Origin: Armatimonadota bacterium
GTDB taxonomy: Bacteria; Armatimonadota; SYMT01
Direction: 5' to 3'
Length of the DNA stretch: 64,000 bases
NCBI GenBank assembly: GCA_041690135.1
Contig: JAWLHY010000002.1
Span: 96,001-160,000 of the forward strand
A program made the position numbers and the translations under genes. The notes under the pieces were generated by a model. It saw only the letters and a program-made list of their open reading frames with translations, did not search any database and had not been told where the DNA came from. Of this stretch, positions 9,045 through 18,684 are shown piece after piece; the stretch's first letter is position 1; every line of letters begins with the position of its first letter.

Positions 9045-10571
9045 TTGTATACGCACCCGAGATACCTGCCCTGGGCGCGCCTGGGCGCGCGATTTCTCCG
9101 TTCAGCCCTGGCCGGAACTTTCCTTTCCGGTACTCTCCTGCTCCTGGTCGGCGCCGCGACGGCGAGCCCGCGGCCCGCGGCTCCACCTGCTACTCGCTAT
9201 CGAGCTACTCTCATCAACGCGCCCACCGGACGGGTCGCCTTTCCCCTGGCGATCAGCAGCAATAATGCGATCGCCGGCCAGATCGAGACCGGACAAGAGG
9301 ACGCCGATGGCTTCACCATCTACCATGCCTTCGTCTGGCGCAACGGCGTGCTGACCGAACTGCCGACCCTCGGCGGTCCCAGCGCACGGGCCCTCGGAGT
9401 CAACAGCAACGGCGATGTGGTCGGCGAGTCCCAGCGGGAGGAAAGCGGGGCCTACCACGCATTTCTCTGGCGCAACAACCAGATGATCGACCTGGGCCAG
9501 GTCCTGGGCGCCGAAGAAGCCAGCGCCGCGCTCGGGATCAACGATGTGGGGCAGGTGGTCGGCACTCTCGGGCATTCCTATTTTGGGGACGCCTTTGTCT
9601 GGAGCCAGGCGAACGGCGTCACCAATCTGGGACCGGGCTCCGCGCGGGGTATCAATGCCTCGGGCACCGTCGTGGGAGCCATCCGCACGGACGAAGGGCA
9701 GAACCTTCCGGCGGTGTGGGAAGAAGGCGTGCTGCAGGTGCTCCCGGACCTCGGTGGCAAGCTCAATAACTATGCGTCCGCGGTGAACGACAGCGGCGTT
9801 ATCGTCGGAACGTCGGAGGACCTGCAGGGCAACATGAAGCCGGCGAGGTGGCAGCGCACCGGCGGCGAGTATGCGATCACCGACCTGGGAGTGCTGCCCT
9901 CGGAGAGCCAGTTCCCGAACACCTACGGGGCAGCCACCGGGATCAACAACAATGGCCAGATCGTGGGGCAGTCGGATTACCGTGCCTTCATCTGGCAGAA
10001 TAATGTGATGGCGCCGCTGGCGGATCTCGTGCCGCTTTCGGAGCGCTACTTCGTTACCTTCGCCGCCGGTATCAACCACCTGGGCAACCTGGCGGTGGAC
10101 GGTATCCAGTTCGTGAATAACGTCGGCTCGGTACCGCGCGCGGGCTTGCTGACGCCCGGCCAAGCCCCTACCACCGGCGCGGAACTCTCCGGCCTGTGGG
10201 ATACGGCCCAGCAGGGCCGACGGCTCCCGAAGGTGCGCCAGACCGGCCGGGGCCGGGGCGCCAAGTACCAGATCTCCGGCACGTTCGTCGTTAAGAACAC
10301 CGGAGGGACGGCGGCGAAGAAGCCGAAGGTCGGCTTCTATCTCTCGAACGACGGAGACCCGAATAATCCGGTGCCCGACCTGGGCCTGCTCAAGGCCTAT
10401 CCGGTCCTGAACGCCGGGAAGTCACGCGGGGTCGCCATCTCCGTCTCCATTCCGCTGTCGAAGGGCATCGATCCTCGTGGCAAGTACGTCATCGCCGTGG
10501 TGGACCCGCTGAACGCGATCGACGAACAGGACGAGGAGAACAACGTCGTCGTCTACGGTCCGCTGCAGTAA
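9045..10571 (+). CDS. Secreted HAF-repeat protein with C-terminal CARDB-like domain
   Basis: Repeated HAFVW/HAFLW and A.GIN..G.VVG units; VVDPLNAIDEQDEENN tail; TTG start follows AGGAG (start uncertain). Confidence 0.8.
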   Translation: MYTHPRYLPWARLGARFLRSALAGTFLSGTLLLLVGAATASPRPAAPPATRYRATLINAPTGRVAFPLAISSNNAIAGQIETGQEDADGFTIYHAFVWRNGVLTELPTLGGPSARALGVNSNGDVVGESQREESGAYHAFLWRNNQMIDLGQVLGAEEASAALGINDVGQVVGTLGHSYFGDAFVWSQANGVTNLGPGSARGINASGTVVGAIRTDEGQNLPAVWEEGVLQVLPDLGGKLNNYASAVNDSGVIVGTSEDLQGNMKPARWQRTGGEYAITDLGVLPSESQFPNTYGAATGINNNGQIVGQSDYRAFIWQNNVMAPLADLVPLSERYFVTFAAGINHLGNLAVDGIQFVNNVGSVPRAGLLTPGQAPTTGAELSGLWDTAQQGRRLPKVRQTGRGRGAKYQISGTFVVKNTGGTAAKKPKVGFYLSNDGDPNNPVPDLGLLKAYPVLNAGKSRGVAISVSIPLSKGIDPRGKYVIAVVDPLNAIDEQDEENNVVVYGPLQ

Positions 10572-10603
10572 CCGGAGGCCGACAAAGACGACGCTCGCGC
10601 GAC

Positions 10604-10638
10604 AGGCGGGGCACACACGTGCCCCGCCTATTATTTTT
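10604..10638 (+). terminator. Intrinsic terminator
   Basis: 11-bp stem AGGCGGGGCAC/GTGCCCCGCCT followed by a T-rich tail. Confidence 0.8.
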
Positions 10639-10724
10639 GAAAGGCTGATGGGCCGTCCAGTCCGCCTACCTCTGCTCCAAACCTCTGGAGGCTTGGAGCC
10701 GTTCTGGGGTTCAGGGATCCACCG

Positions 10725-11204
10725 ATGAACGATCTTCGTCTACGCTGCATCCACGCCGGCCTGGGAACTCTCGGCCAGGGATGCCTGGAAGTGGTTCAGA
10801 TGCACCCGCTTTTTGAGGTGGTGGGTCTGGTCGATCCGGACCCGGCGGCCCGTACGCGAGCCTGCGCGCAGGCCGGCCTACCGGAGGAGATGGCATTCGA
10901 GGAACTGGAAGAGGCGCTGATGGTGTGCGATCCGGATGCGGTGATCGTCACGGTCGCTGCGGCGCTCCGGTCCGACCTCATCATCCAGGTGCTGGCCGCG
11001 GACCTCCACGTGCTGTCGGCGCACCCCTTCGCCGTTTCGGACGAAGAGGCGCGCCGGTGCGCCACAATTGCGCTCAACCGCGGCGTTCGGTTGATGGTTC
11101 TGCGAGCGGAAGGTCCCACGCCGGACCAGCTCGAGCAGTTCCACGCCTACGTGACGGAGGGGGTCGAACCGCCGACGAGTGCCCGGCGCGTGGTTCAGGA
11201 ATAG
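10725..11204 (+). CDS. Short Gfo/Idh/MocA-like protein (Rossmann domain only)
   Basis: GLGTLG and VVGLVDPD; HVLSAHP replaces HVLCEKP; only 159 aa. Confidence 0.65.
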   Translation: MNDLRLRCIHAGLGTLGQGCLEVVQMHPLFEVVGLVDPDPAARTRACAQAGLPEEMAFEELEEALMVCDPDAVIVTVAAALRSDLIIQVLAADLHVLSAHPFAVSDEEARRCATIALNRGVRLMVLRAEGPTPDQLEQFHAYVTEGVEPPTSARRVVQE

Positions 11205-11215
11205 CCGGACAGCGA

Positions 11216-11866
11216 CTACGCTCCGCCGCGACGTAGCCGCTCCAGTTCCGCGCGCAGCGCCGCCACTTCCTGCTCGGCGGCCTCTGCCCGGCGGCGTTCC
11301 TCTTCGTGTGTCAACAGCATGGTTCCGTCGCGGGTATAGACGCGGAGCAGTTCGTCCTCATCGAACCCGAACCAGACGCCTAACTGTGCGCTCCACACCC
11401 GCCCATCCGGCTCGCGGGGGATCTGTCGGTAACGGTCGTCAACCATCCGCCAGAGACGGAGGTCGCCGGTCGGCGGGTCGGTGTAGAGGTACTCCGGAAC
11501 CTGCAGATCACGTTCGTAGCGTTCCGGCTTGGCCTCCACGTCGCGGGCGAAGGAGGAGCGAGAGCGGATCTCCGCCACGAACTGGAGCGGAGCATCCCGC
11601 CAGGCCAGGTAGACCCGCTTCGGGCTCTTCGGCACGGGCTGATCGATGACGGCGACGTCCGGCGCCAGGTACTTGGAGAAGCTTTCCGGCTCCCAGTAGA
11701 GACAGGTCTCCCCTGTCACCCATCGATCGGGAAAGTGCGCCTGGAGAGCGCCGACCAGGTATAACTGCTGCCGGAAGTGGGCAGGAGTTTCGGGCACCGT
11801 GTCCTCCTCGTGAACCGGATAGAGATCGTGCTCATCCGCAGGTGGGACTGCTACCAGCGGTTCCAT
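11216..11866 (-). CDS. Uma2 family endonuclease-like protein
   Basis: APDVAV, FVAEIRS and VPEY..DP motifs; coiled-coil tail. Confidence 0.85.
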   Translation of the reverse strand: MEPLVAVPPADEHDLYPVHEEDTVPETPAHFRQQLYLVGALQAHFPDRWVTGETCLYWEPESFSKYLAPDVAVIDQPVPKSPKRVYLAWRDAPLQFVAEIRSRSSFARDVEAKPERYERDLQVPEYLYTDPPTGDLRLWRMVDDRYRQIPREPDGRVWSAQLGVWFGFDEDELLRVYTRDGTMLLTHEEERRRAEAAEQEVAALRAELERLRRGGA

Positions 11867-11912
11867 CTTTGCCTCCAGGCGCTTGCGTTGGACAGACCGG
11901 GAACGGTCAGGA

Positions 11913-13064
11913 TCAGGGGATCCAGTCGGCCACGAAGACGTTCGTCTCGCCCCGCTGCTTGGCGTTGCGGTTGCTGGCCCAGACCATTTTCTTGCCGTCC
12001 GGGCTGAACATCGGGAAGCCGTCGAACGCGGGATCGAAGGTCACGCGCTCCAGGTTCTTGCCGTCCAGGTCGATCAGGTACAGCTCGAAGTTCGGCGGGC
12101 GGCCGCGAGGGTCGTCCATGTTGCTGGCGAAGATCAGCCGCTTGCCGTCGGGGGTGAAGAACGGGCAGAAGTTCGCGTGACCGTTCGACGTGACCTGCCG
12201 CTTGCCGGTGCCGTCCACGTTCATCACGTAGAGCTCCATCTTGCTTGGCTTCACCCAGTTCTTGGCCAGCAGGTCGCGGTAGACCTTGCGGTCCTCTTCC
12301 GATTGCGGGTGGTTCGCCCGGTAGCAGATCATCTTGCTGTCCGGTGAGAAAAACGCGCCGCCGTCGTAGCCCAACTCAGTCGTCAGGCGCTTCACGTTAC
12401 TCCCGTCCACGTCCATCACGTAAAGGTCGAGGTCCCCGTCGCGCATGGAGGTGAAGACGATCTTCTTGCCGTCGGGCGACACGGTGGCTTCCGCGTCGTA
12501 GCCGGGCGTCTTGGTGAGGGCCTTCACATCCGAGCCGTCCGGTTTGGCGGTGAAGATGTCGTAGGTGGGGTAGACGGCCCACACGTAGCCCGCGCTCTGG
12601 TCCGGCGGCGGCGGCGGCGCATCGCCACCCAGGTGGGTGCTGGCGTAGAGAATCCGCTTGCCGTCCTTGAGGAAGTAGCTGCAGGTGGTGCGTCCCTTGC
12701 CGGTGCTGACCATCCGCGGGTTGCTGCCGTCGGCCCCCATCACGAAGATCTGGTCCGCCTTCAGGTTATCGCGGGTCGACTGCAGAATGATCTGCTTGCC
12801 GTCGAACGACCAGTAGGCCTCGGCGTTCTCGCCACCGAAGGTGAGCTGGCGCACGTTGGTCAGGTGCTTCTCGCCCTCGCGGGCCAGGTTCTGGGCCCCG
12901 GACACGACGGAGAGGGCGGCGGATTGCGGTGCGGCCGCTTTCGCCGCGGCGGCTTCCGCCGGCTTTGCGAAGAGGTCGGGCGCGCGGAAGAAGTAATACT
13001 CCAGGCCCGCCACCGCCGCCACGACGGTGGAGATCTGGAGCAGGGTCTCGGCTTTCTTGGTCAT
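11913..13064 (-). CDS. TolB-like PD40 beta-propeller protein
   Basis: Repeated SPDGK.IVF units; ENAEAYWS and YDAEATVSPDG. Confidence 0.85.
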   Translation of the reverse strand: MTKKAETLLQISTVVAAVAGLEYYFFRAPDLFAKPAEAAAAKAAAPQSAALSVVSGAQNLAREGEKHLTNVRQLTFGGENAEAYWSFDGKQIILQSTRDNLKADQIFVMGADGSNPRMVSTGKGRTTCSYFLKDGKRILYASTHLGGDAPPPPPDQSAGYVWAVYPTYDIFTAKPDGSDVKALTKTPGYDAEATVSPDGKKIVFTSMRDGDLDLYVMDVDGSNVKRLTTELGYDGGAFFSPDSKMICYRANHPQSEEDRKVYRDLLAKNWVKPSKMELYVMNVDGTGKRQVTSNGHANFCPFFTPDGKRLIFASNMDDPRGRPPNFELYLIDLDGKNLERVTFDPAFDGFPMFSPDGKKMVWASNRNAKQRGETNVFVADWIP

Positions 13065-13082
13065 CAGGGTTCGAGTGGTTTC

Positions 13083-14969
13083 CTATCGAGGCGCGGGGAT
13101 GATGGAGACCTTCACCCGCTGCTTATTGCGGATCACGACGAGTTGGACCGGCTTTTTCGGTACCGCACTGCCGAGTACCACGGTATACTCCTGCACGTTG
13201 CGGATCATTTTGCCGTCGAATTCAACCAGGACGTCGCCTTCCCGGAGGCCTGCCTTTTCGGCGGGGCTGCCCTCGCGGACCCCCTGGAGCGCCACCCCTT
13301 CCACGTTCGCGGAGTAGTCCGGAATGGTGCCCAGGTAGACCCGGAATCCGCCGCCCCCGCCGCTTGCCACGCGCGGCTCCTCCTTCGCCCGGGTAAACGC
13401 CGGGCGTGGGGTCATCCAACTCACGCGCTGGGTCACGTCGGCCACCAGCCGGGCGATCTTTTCCACCCCCGCGGCGTTCACCTTCTCCCAGGTATCGGAC
13501 GGTCGGTGGTAGTCCGCGTGCGGCCCCGTGAAGAAGAAAAGCACCGGAATGTTGCGGGCGTAGAACGACTGTTGATCGCTGCCGCCGAAGCCGGACATGG
13601 TCGACTCGTTACCCTTGAGCGTGAGCCGATGGGGAGCGTTCACCTCCTCCAGCAACTTTGCCCACGCCGGAGAACTCCCGGTCCCGATCACCTGGACCGA
13701 GTCGTTCCCCATGCGACCGATCATGTCCATGTTGAGCATCGCGACGACCCGTTCCATCGGAATTGTCGGGTTCTTCGTCCAGTGGAGGGAGCCCAGCAGA
13801 CCGATCTCCTCCCCGCTGAAGCCCATGAAGGCGACGCTGCGACCCAACTTCTCGCGGTGGGCCGCGAAGTAGTGGGCCAGTTCCAGCAACCCGGCGGTCC
13901 CGGAGGCGTTATCGTCGGCGCCGTGGTGGATCGCCGGCTCACTCGAGTTATGGAGCGAGCCTTCGCCTCCCATTCCCAGGTGGTCGTAGTGCGCGCCGAT
14001 TACCACGACCTCGTTCTTGAGCTGGGGATCGCTGCCTTCCACCAGGCCGATCACGTTGCGGGTGGGCGCGGTGCGTCGCTCCACCTGGATGCGGACCCCG
14101 ATTCGCGCGTCTGGGATCAGGAAAGACTGGGTCTTTCCATGCGCGATCATCACCTGCAGGTCCTTCAGGGTACGATCCATCGGCGCCAGTAGCCGGTCCA
14201 CGAACTTGGGGTGGACGATGGCGGCGGGAATCCCGGCGTCGGCGGAAGCCGATCCGAGCGGCACCGCGCGCCGGCTCCCAGGGCCGGAGTGGTGGCCATG
14301 CCCCGGCGCCTCGCCGAAGAACACCGGGTGGTCGCCCAGCGGTCCCGTAACCAGCAGGATCGCCGCCGCTCCCTTCTCCCGAGCGGTCATCGTCTTGTAC
14401 GTCAACTGGGCGTAGGGACCGAACTTGCCGGTGTCGTCCATGTCGGGCGTGTGGCGGAGAACCACCACGATCTTGCCCTTGACGTCGAGTCCCTTGTAGT
14501 CGTCGTAACCCAGGTCCGGCTTGCTGATGCCGTAACCGGCGAAGACGACGGGCGCGTAGGCCGACCCGTTCTTGCTGAACCCGAGCGGCAGGAAGTCCTC
14601 ACCGGGCGCCAGGGTCGTCACCTGCTCCTTCCGCCGGAAGGAGACCCGGTTGTCGGTCCCCATCTCCACGCCGGTGAACACTGGGAAGGTTTGGAAGAAC
14701 GTATCGTTCTCCCCGGCCGGCTTGAGCCCGGCGGCCCGGAACCGCTCGGCGAGGTACTCGCCCGCGCGGTCGTTTCCCTCGGTTCCGGAGCCCCGCCCCT
14801 GGAGTTCCTCCGAGGCGAGGTAGCGGACGTGGGCCACCACCTCCGGGGCCGTGATGCGTGGATCGCCGACCTCCTCCGGACGAGGCGGCGCGGCGAAGGG
14901 GGACCCGGCCAGCAAGACCGAAGCCAGGGCAGCCGATCCCAGGATAAGGGCGTGACGTGGGGGTTTCAT
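13083..14969 (-). CDS. M28 family peptidase with PA and PDZ domains
   Basis: GAHYDH, GADDNASG, GEEIGLLGS, NMDMIG, DYHRPSD; C-terminal PDZ; signal peptide. Confidence 0.92.
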   Translation of the reverse strand: MKPPRHALILGSAALASVLLAGSPFAAPPRPEEVGDPRITAPEVVAHVRYLASEELQGRGSGTEGNDRAGEYLAERFRAAGLKPAGENDTFFQTFPVFTGVEMGTDNRVSFRRKEQVTTLAPGEDFLPLGFSKNGSAYAPVVFAGYGISKPDLGYDDYKGLDVKGKIVVVLRHTPDMDDTGKFGPYAQLTYKTMTAREKGAAAILLVTGPLGDHPVFFGEAPGHGHHSGPGSRRAVPLGSASADAGIPAAIVHPKFVDRLLAPMDRTLKDLQVMIAHGKTQSFLIPDARIGVRIQVERRTAPTRNVIGLVEGSDPQLKNEVVVIGAHYDHLGMGGEGSLHNSSEPAIHHGADDNASGTAGLLELAHYFAAHREKLGRSVAFMGFSGEEIGLLGSLHWTKNPTIPMERVVAMLNMDMIGRMGNDSVQVIGTGSSPAWAKLLEEVNAPHRLTLKGNESTMSGFGGSDQQSFYARNIPVLFFFTGPHADYHRPSDTWEKVNAAGVEKIARLVADVTQRVSWMTPRPAFTRAKEEPRVASGGGGGFRVYLGTIPDYSANVEGVALQGVREGSPAEKAGLREGDVLVEFDGKMIRNVQEYTVVLGSAVPKKPVQLVVIRNKQRVKVSIIPAPR

Positions 14970-15195
14970 ACAGCGTTGTTAGACCGCGAGGGGTGAAAGG
15001 AGTTTCCCTCTGTTGTTTATACGCAGTGCGAAAGGGGGAATGCTCCATCAGAAACAGGTAAGGGCTTGGGCCCCAAGAATTAGCTAAATCGCCGAACAAA
15101 AAGGGAGATGTTAGTAAACCTCCGCGGATCTAAGGCACATAAGAGATAGCGCGGTCATCCAATGCGCTGTCGTCCATTTGGCGGAGTTGGGGAGA

Positions 15196-16383
15196 ATGAC
15201 GGAACCTGGCCGACTGTTGTGCTCGGATTGCGGCACGGAAAACGAGGCGCAAGCGCGGTTCTGCAACTACTGCGGTGGTGCCGTGACGCGACCCTGGGGT
15301 CTGGAGAGCGATCCGCACCGGGCGGGTGCAGTCCGGACGGATCCTACGGGAGGGGCCAGCCGGAGCGGTACGCGCGCGCACGCCGCGGCAGGATCACGCG
15401 GGCCCAGTGCCCCCTTGGCCGCCGAACCGATCCCCTCTGAGGAGGAGACGATCGAGTTGCTGGAACTCCTTGCCCGGCCTTCCACCCTGGATCCCACGCT
15501 CACGCAGTCCGACTGGACCCCACCGCTGGCGAACCCTCCGGCCGGACTCGCCAGTCCGAGTGTGCGGGGTGGGAGTGGCAACGCTGGCCCCGAGTCGCCC
15601 AGCACGACCGTGGGCACCGTCCCGCCGCCCACGAACTGCAAAGGGGCGGGAGCCGCTACGGCGCTGGCGGCGCCTCCGAAGCAGGGTGTTCGCCCGGGGT
15701 CCCGCAGAAGTAGCTCGTGGCTCCGCACCCTATCCTGGATTGCCGGGGCCACCCTGCTTACCGGGCTGCTGGGTTACCTGGGAGCCGTGTTCCTGATCAA
15801 ACCAGTAAAGGAAGACCGGATCTCCGCTCATCAAGCACCGCCGGCGATGGCCGGGGGAAGACTTTCCGTAGAGGTACCTACTGGTCTTCCTTCTAATTCG
15901 CTCCGCGTCACGGTAGTCCGGGCCAATCAGCCGGTGAAAACGGCCCGTGGGGAACTCTTGAAGGGAGTGCCTCCGGAAAAGATTGGAGGAGTTACCCTGG
16001 AACCGGGGTCGTACATCGTGCGTTTCCTCTACCGGCAGACCCCCCTCCGGGAAGTACGTGCGGAAATCCGCCGGGGACAGGATACGATTATCCAGCCTTC
16101 CCGCTGGCAGCTTGCGGATATTGAGTATACCGCCGGGGAAGCCGCGGCCCGCCTGGGCGGTCCGGATCAGCACGGCGACTCCGATGTGGTCCACTTCCGC
16201 CGCACGCTTACGCTCGATCCGGACCATATCAACGCACATCTCCAGATGGCGGCGTACGAGTTACTGAACGGCAAGCGTTCGGACGTGGAGCGCCACCTCG
16301 GCAACATCCGCCGACTCGCTCCCCAGCACCCGGACCTGGTCCAATTGGAAGCGCTGCTCAAGAAACGCAAGAGAGGAAGCTGA
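15196..16383 (+). CDS. Zinc-ribbon membrane-anchored protein with C-terminal TPR-like region
   Basis: CSDCG...ARFCNYCG; Pro-rich linker; one TM helix; helical C-terminus. Confidence 0.7.
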   Translation: MTEPGRLLCSDCGTENEAQARFCNYCGGAVTRPWGLESDPHRAGAVRTDPTGGASRSGTRAHAAAGSRGPSAPLAAEPIPSEEETIELLELLARPSTLDPTLTQSDWTPPLANPPAGLASPSVRGGSGNAGPESPSTTVGTVPPPTNCKGAGAATALAAPPKQGVRPGSRRSSSWLRTLSWIAGATLLTGLLGYLGAVFLIKPVKEDRISAHQAPPAMAGGRLSVEVPTGLPSNSLRVTVVRANQPVKTARGELLKGVPPEKIGGVTLEPGSYIVRFLYRQTPLREVRAEIRRGQDTIIQPSRWQLADIEYTAGEAAARLGGPDQHGDSDVVHFRRTLTLDPDHINAHLQMAAYELLNGKRSDVERHLGNIRRLAPQHPDLVQLEALLKKRKRGS

Positions 16384-17027
16384 TGTATCGCAACCAGATC
16401 TTACCGATCCTTGCCGGCCTGGCAGCCACGCTGACCGCTGGCGCCCTGCTTGCGGCGCCGGAACCGGGTGGCCGTTTCTACGAGCGCCTGCGGGAAGCCG
16501 AAGAGAAGCTTTCGGTGCCGCGCAAGAGCAATGGAAGCGGCGGGTCCGGCTCTCCGATGCGCACATACCGGCCCCGTGCGCGCCGGTTTTCCTCCGCGGC
16601 CGCCAAACGCTGGCCCGGCTTCAAGCCCGCTGAAGTCTCATACTCCATCGATCCGCGCTCCGAGGATGCCACCAGTCCTAAGACGACGGGCGATATGATC
16701 CTCATCGCGGAACCGGAAGACGTTCCGGTCTTCTTCAACCTGAAGGGGGGCGCGCAACTCCTCGACACGACCCAGGCGGTGGTGAAGGCGGTGAAGCCGC
16801 AGAAGATCATGGTGGTGGCGTGGGCGCCGGAAGTCCGCGGCAAGAGCACCATTTTCATGCCCGTGAAGGCGGGCCACATTACCACGGTGCGCATGGTCTT
16901 CCCAGATAACCGGAAGAAGAAGCCGGTCGAGGCCAGGCCCGCGCCGAAGCCCGAGTCGGAAAGCACGAAGGCGCCGATGGGTGAGGAGAAGCCGGCGGAG
17001 CCGGAAAAATCCGCGGGCGCCGAATAG
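16383..17027 (+). CDS. Hypothetical secreted protein
   Basis: Signal peptide; start coupled to the upstream stop (TGATG); GC3-rich codons. Confidence 0.65.
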   Translation: MYRNQILPILAGLAATLTAGALLAAPEPGGRFYERLREAEEKLSVPRKSNGSGGSGSPMRTYRPRARRFSSAAAKRWPGFKPAEVSYSIDPRSEDATSPKTTGDMILIAEPEDVPVFFNLKGGAQLLDTTQAVVKAVKPQKIMVVAWAPEVRGKSTIFMPVKAGHITTVRMVFPDNRKKKPVEARPAPKPESESTKAPMGEEKPAEPEKSAGAE

Positions 17028-17030
17028 GCA

Positions 17031-17061
17031 CCCCTGGCCCCCTGGCCCCTAACCCCTGGCC
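17031..17061. repeat. Short tandem repeat of CCCCTGG-type units
   Basis: About 4 imperfect copies between convergent genes, overlapping the SBP stop codon. Confidence 0.75.
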
Positions 17062-18287
17062 TCCAGTATCGCTTCACAGGCTCGCTGGGCCTCTTCCAGG
17101 GCCGCCACGACTTCCCGTTCTCCGGTCAGCGCCGCCCGGAGCTGGAGGGCGAGCTGCCGCTCCAACTCCGGATACTCCGGCACGGCCGGTGCGGTCAGCG
17201 CCGCAGTGCGCAGCGTCTCCTCCGCCAGGGCGAAGCGGCGTTGGGCCAGGGTCCCTTCCCGCAACCCTTCCCGCAACTCCCGCAAGGCATCGGTGCGTGC
17301 TGGGAGGGCGCCCTGTTTCCCCTCTGCTAACTGGCGCTCGGTGGAAGTCAGGTAGCGCAGCAGTTCCACTGCGGCCTCCGGGTCCGGACAACGCGCCGGA
17401 ATTGCAAAGGCCGAACACCCGCTCCACACGGCGCGTTTTCCGCTGGACCCGGTCGGGTAGGGCGCCACACCGTGCCAGCCCGCAACCGCCGAGAAGCACG
17501 GGTCGCAGAGCAAGTGCGCCGTGCCGGGAAAGTCGCAGGCCAACGCGCACTTCCCCAGGCGGAAACGCTCGGAAACTTCCGTATAACCCAGCTCCGGTGT
17601 TTCCGCCGGGACGGCTTCCCAGCGCAGCAGCAGGTCCCGCAGGAGCTGCAACGCCCACTCGCCGGCCCGGCTGTAGAACAGGGGGCGTCCGTCCGGCCCG
17701 AAGCAAGTCCCGCCCACGCTGGTTACGATCTCCGCGAAGGTAGCGACCAGACCTGTACCTTTCCCCGGAAAGGCGAACCCGTGGCAGGTGTCCGCGCGCG
17801 TGAAATACTGGGCCACGGCCGCCAGGTCTTCCCAGGTCTCCGGCACCCGGAGTTCCCGCCCCCCGGATGCTTCCCGGAACCATTGCCGCTCGCGACGGTC
17901 GTCGAAAAAGTCCGACCGGTAGAACAGCAGCCGCGCTTCCTGGGCACGGGGCAGTTGGTAGACCTGGCCCTCCAAGCGGCAGAGGTCCAGCGCCGCCGGC
18001 TCGAACGCGGAGAGTTCCACAGGTGGGAGCCTGTCGTCGAGGAGACGCAGGTAAGGCGCGAAAGCGGCCGTGTACTGGCTGTGCAGGCTGATCAGGTGGT
18101 ACGGCTCACCCGCCGGGAGCGCTGCCTGGAAGTGCTCGATCAGCTCGGAGAGAGGGGCCCGGTAGGCAACCTCCACCGCCAGCCCCGTCTCTTCGGTGAA
18201 TTGCGGCAGCCGGTCATAAAGCGGCGCGTACGCTTCTCCTTCGACCAGCGCGACTCGCAGAACCGTTCTTGCCATTCTGCCATCCAC
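17049..18287 (-). CDS. Sugar ABC-type solute-binding protein family member
   Basis: LLFYRSDFF, PETWEDL, PDPEAAVELLRYLTS; no evident signal peptide. Confidence 0.8.
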   Translation of the reverse strand: MDGRMARTVLRVALVEGEAYAPLYDRLPQFTEETGLAVEVAYRAPLSELIEHFQAALPAGEPYHLISLHSQYTAAFAPYLRLLDDRLPPVELSAFEPAALDLCRLEGQVYQLPRAQEARLLFYRSDFFDDRRERQWFREASGGRELRVPETWEDLAAVAQYFTRADTCHGFAFPGKGTGLVATFAEIVTSVGGTCFGPDGRPLFYSRAGEWALQLLRDLLLRWEAVPAETPELGYTEVSERFRLGKCALACDFPGTAHLLCDPCFSAVAGWHGVAPYPTGSSGKRAVWSGCSAFAIPARCPDPEAAVELLRYLTSTERQLAEGKQGALPARTDALRELREGLREGTLAQRRFALAEETLRTAALTAPAVPEYPELERQLALQLRAALTGEREVVAALEEAQRACEAILEARG

Positions 18288-18317
18288 TCTCCCATCCCAC
18301 CACCGAGTGCCGTTCCG

Positions 18318-18671
18318 CTAGGGCCCGATCAGGACCAAGGGGCCCAACCTGTACTGCCGCCGGTTCAAGATCACCAGAGGACCATTCGGATCCAAGGGCC
18401 GCGTGAGGCTGTAGTACTTGGCATTCCAGGTACTACGACCACCACCCGACCCCCGCAAAACCAGTTGTAGATTACGGAATTTCACCGGTTCCCGGTTAGA
18501 GGGGCCGATCAGCGTCCAGCCAGCAAGCCGGAGTGGGAATGGCAGGAATGAAACCGCCAGGATCGCAATTCCTCCGCTCAAGATCAGCAGTACTGCCAGG
18601 GTGGCCAGGACCCACCGGACGCCCGCCCGCCGATGGGTGTCCGGTTCGCCGGTACGATCAAGTGCCTTCAT
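18318..18671 (-). CDS. Hypothetical membrane protein
   Basis: One TM segment; GGAGG RBS; co-oriented with its neighbours. Confidence 0.5.
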   Translation of the reverse strand: MKALDRTGEPDTHRRAGVRWVLATLAVLLILSGGIAILAVSFLPFPLRLAGWTLIGPSNREPVKFRNLQLVLRGSGGGRSTWNAKYYSLTRPLDPNGPLVILNRRQYRLGPLVLIGP

Positions 18672-18684
18672 AGCGGTCCTCCGC

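Noticed and set aside
11216-11866. Uma2 nuclease as part of a defence system
   Set aside because: Solitary, a commonly expanded family, and no methylase or partner gene nearby.
12633-14192. Long antisense ORFs (also 44695-46239, 56994-58658, 534-1952 and others)
   Set aside because: Shadow frames of real GC-rich genes on the opposite strand.
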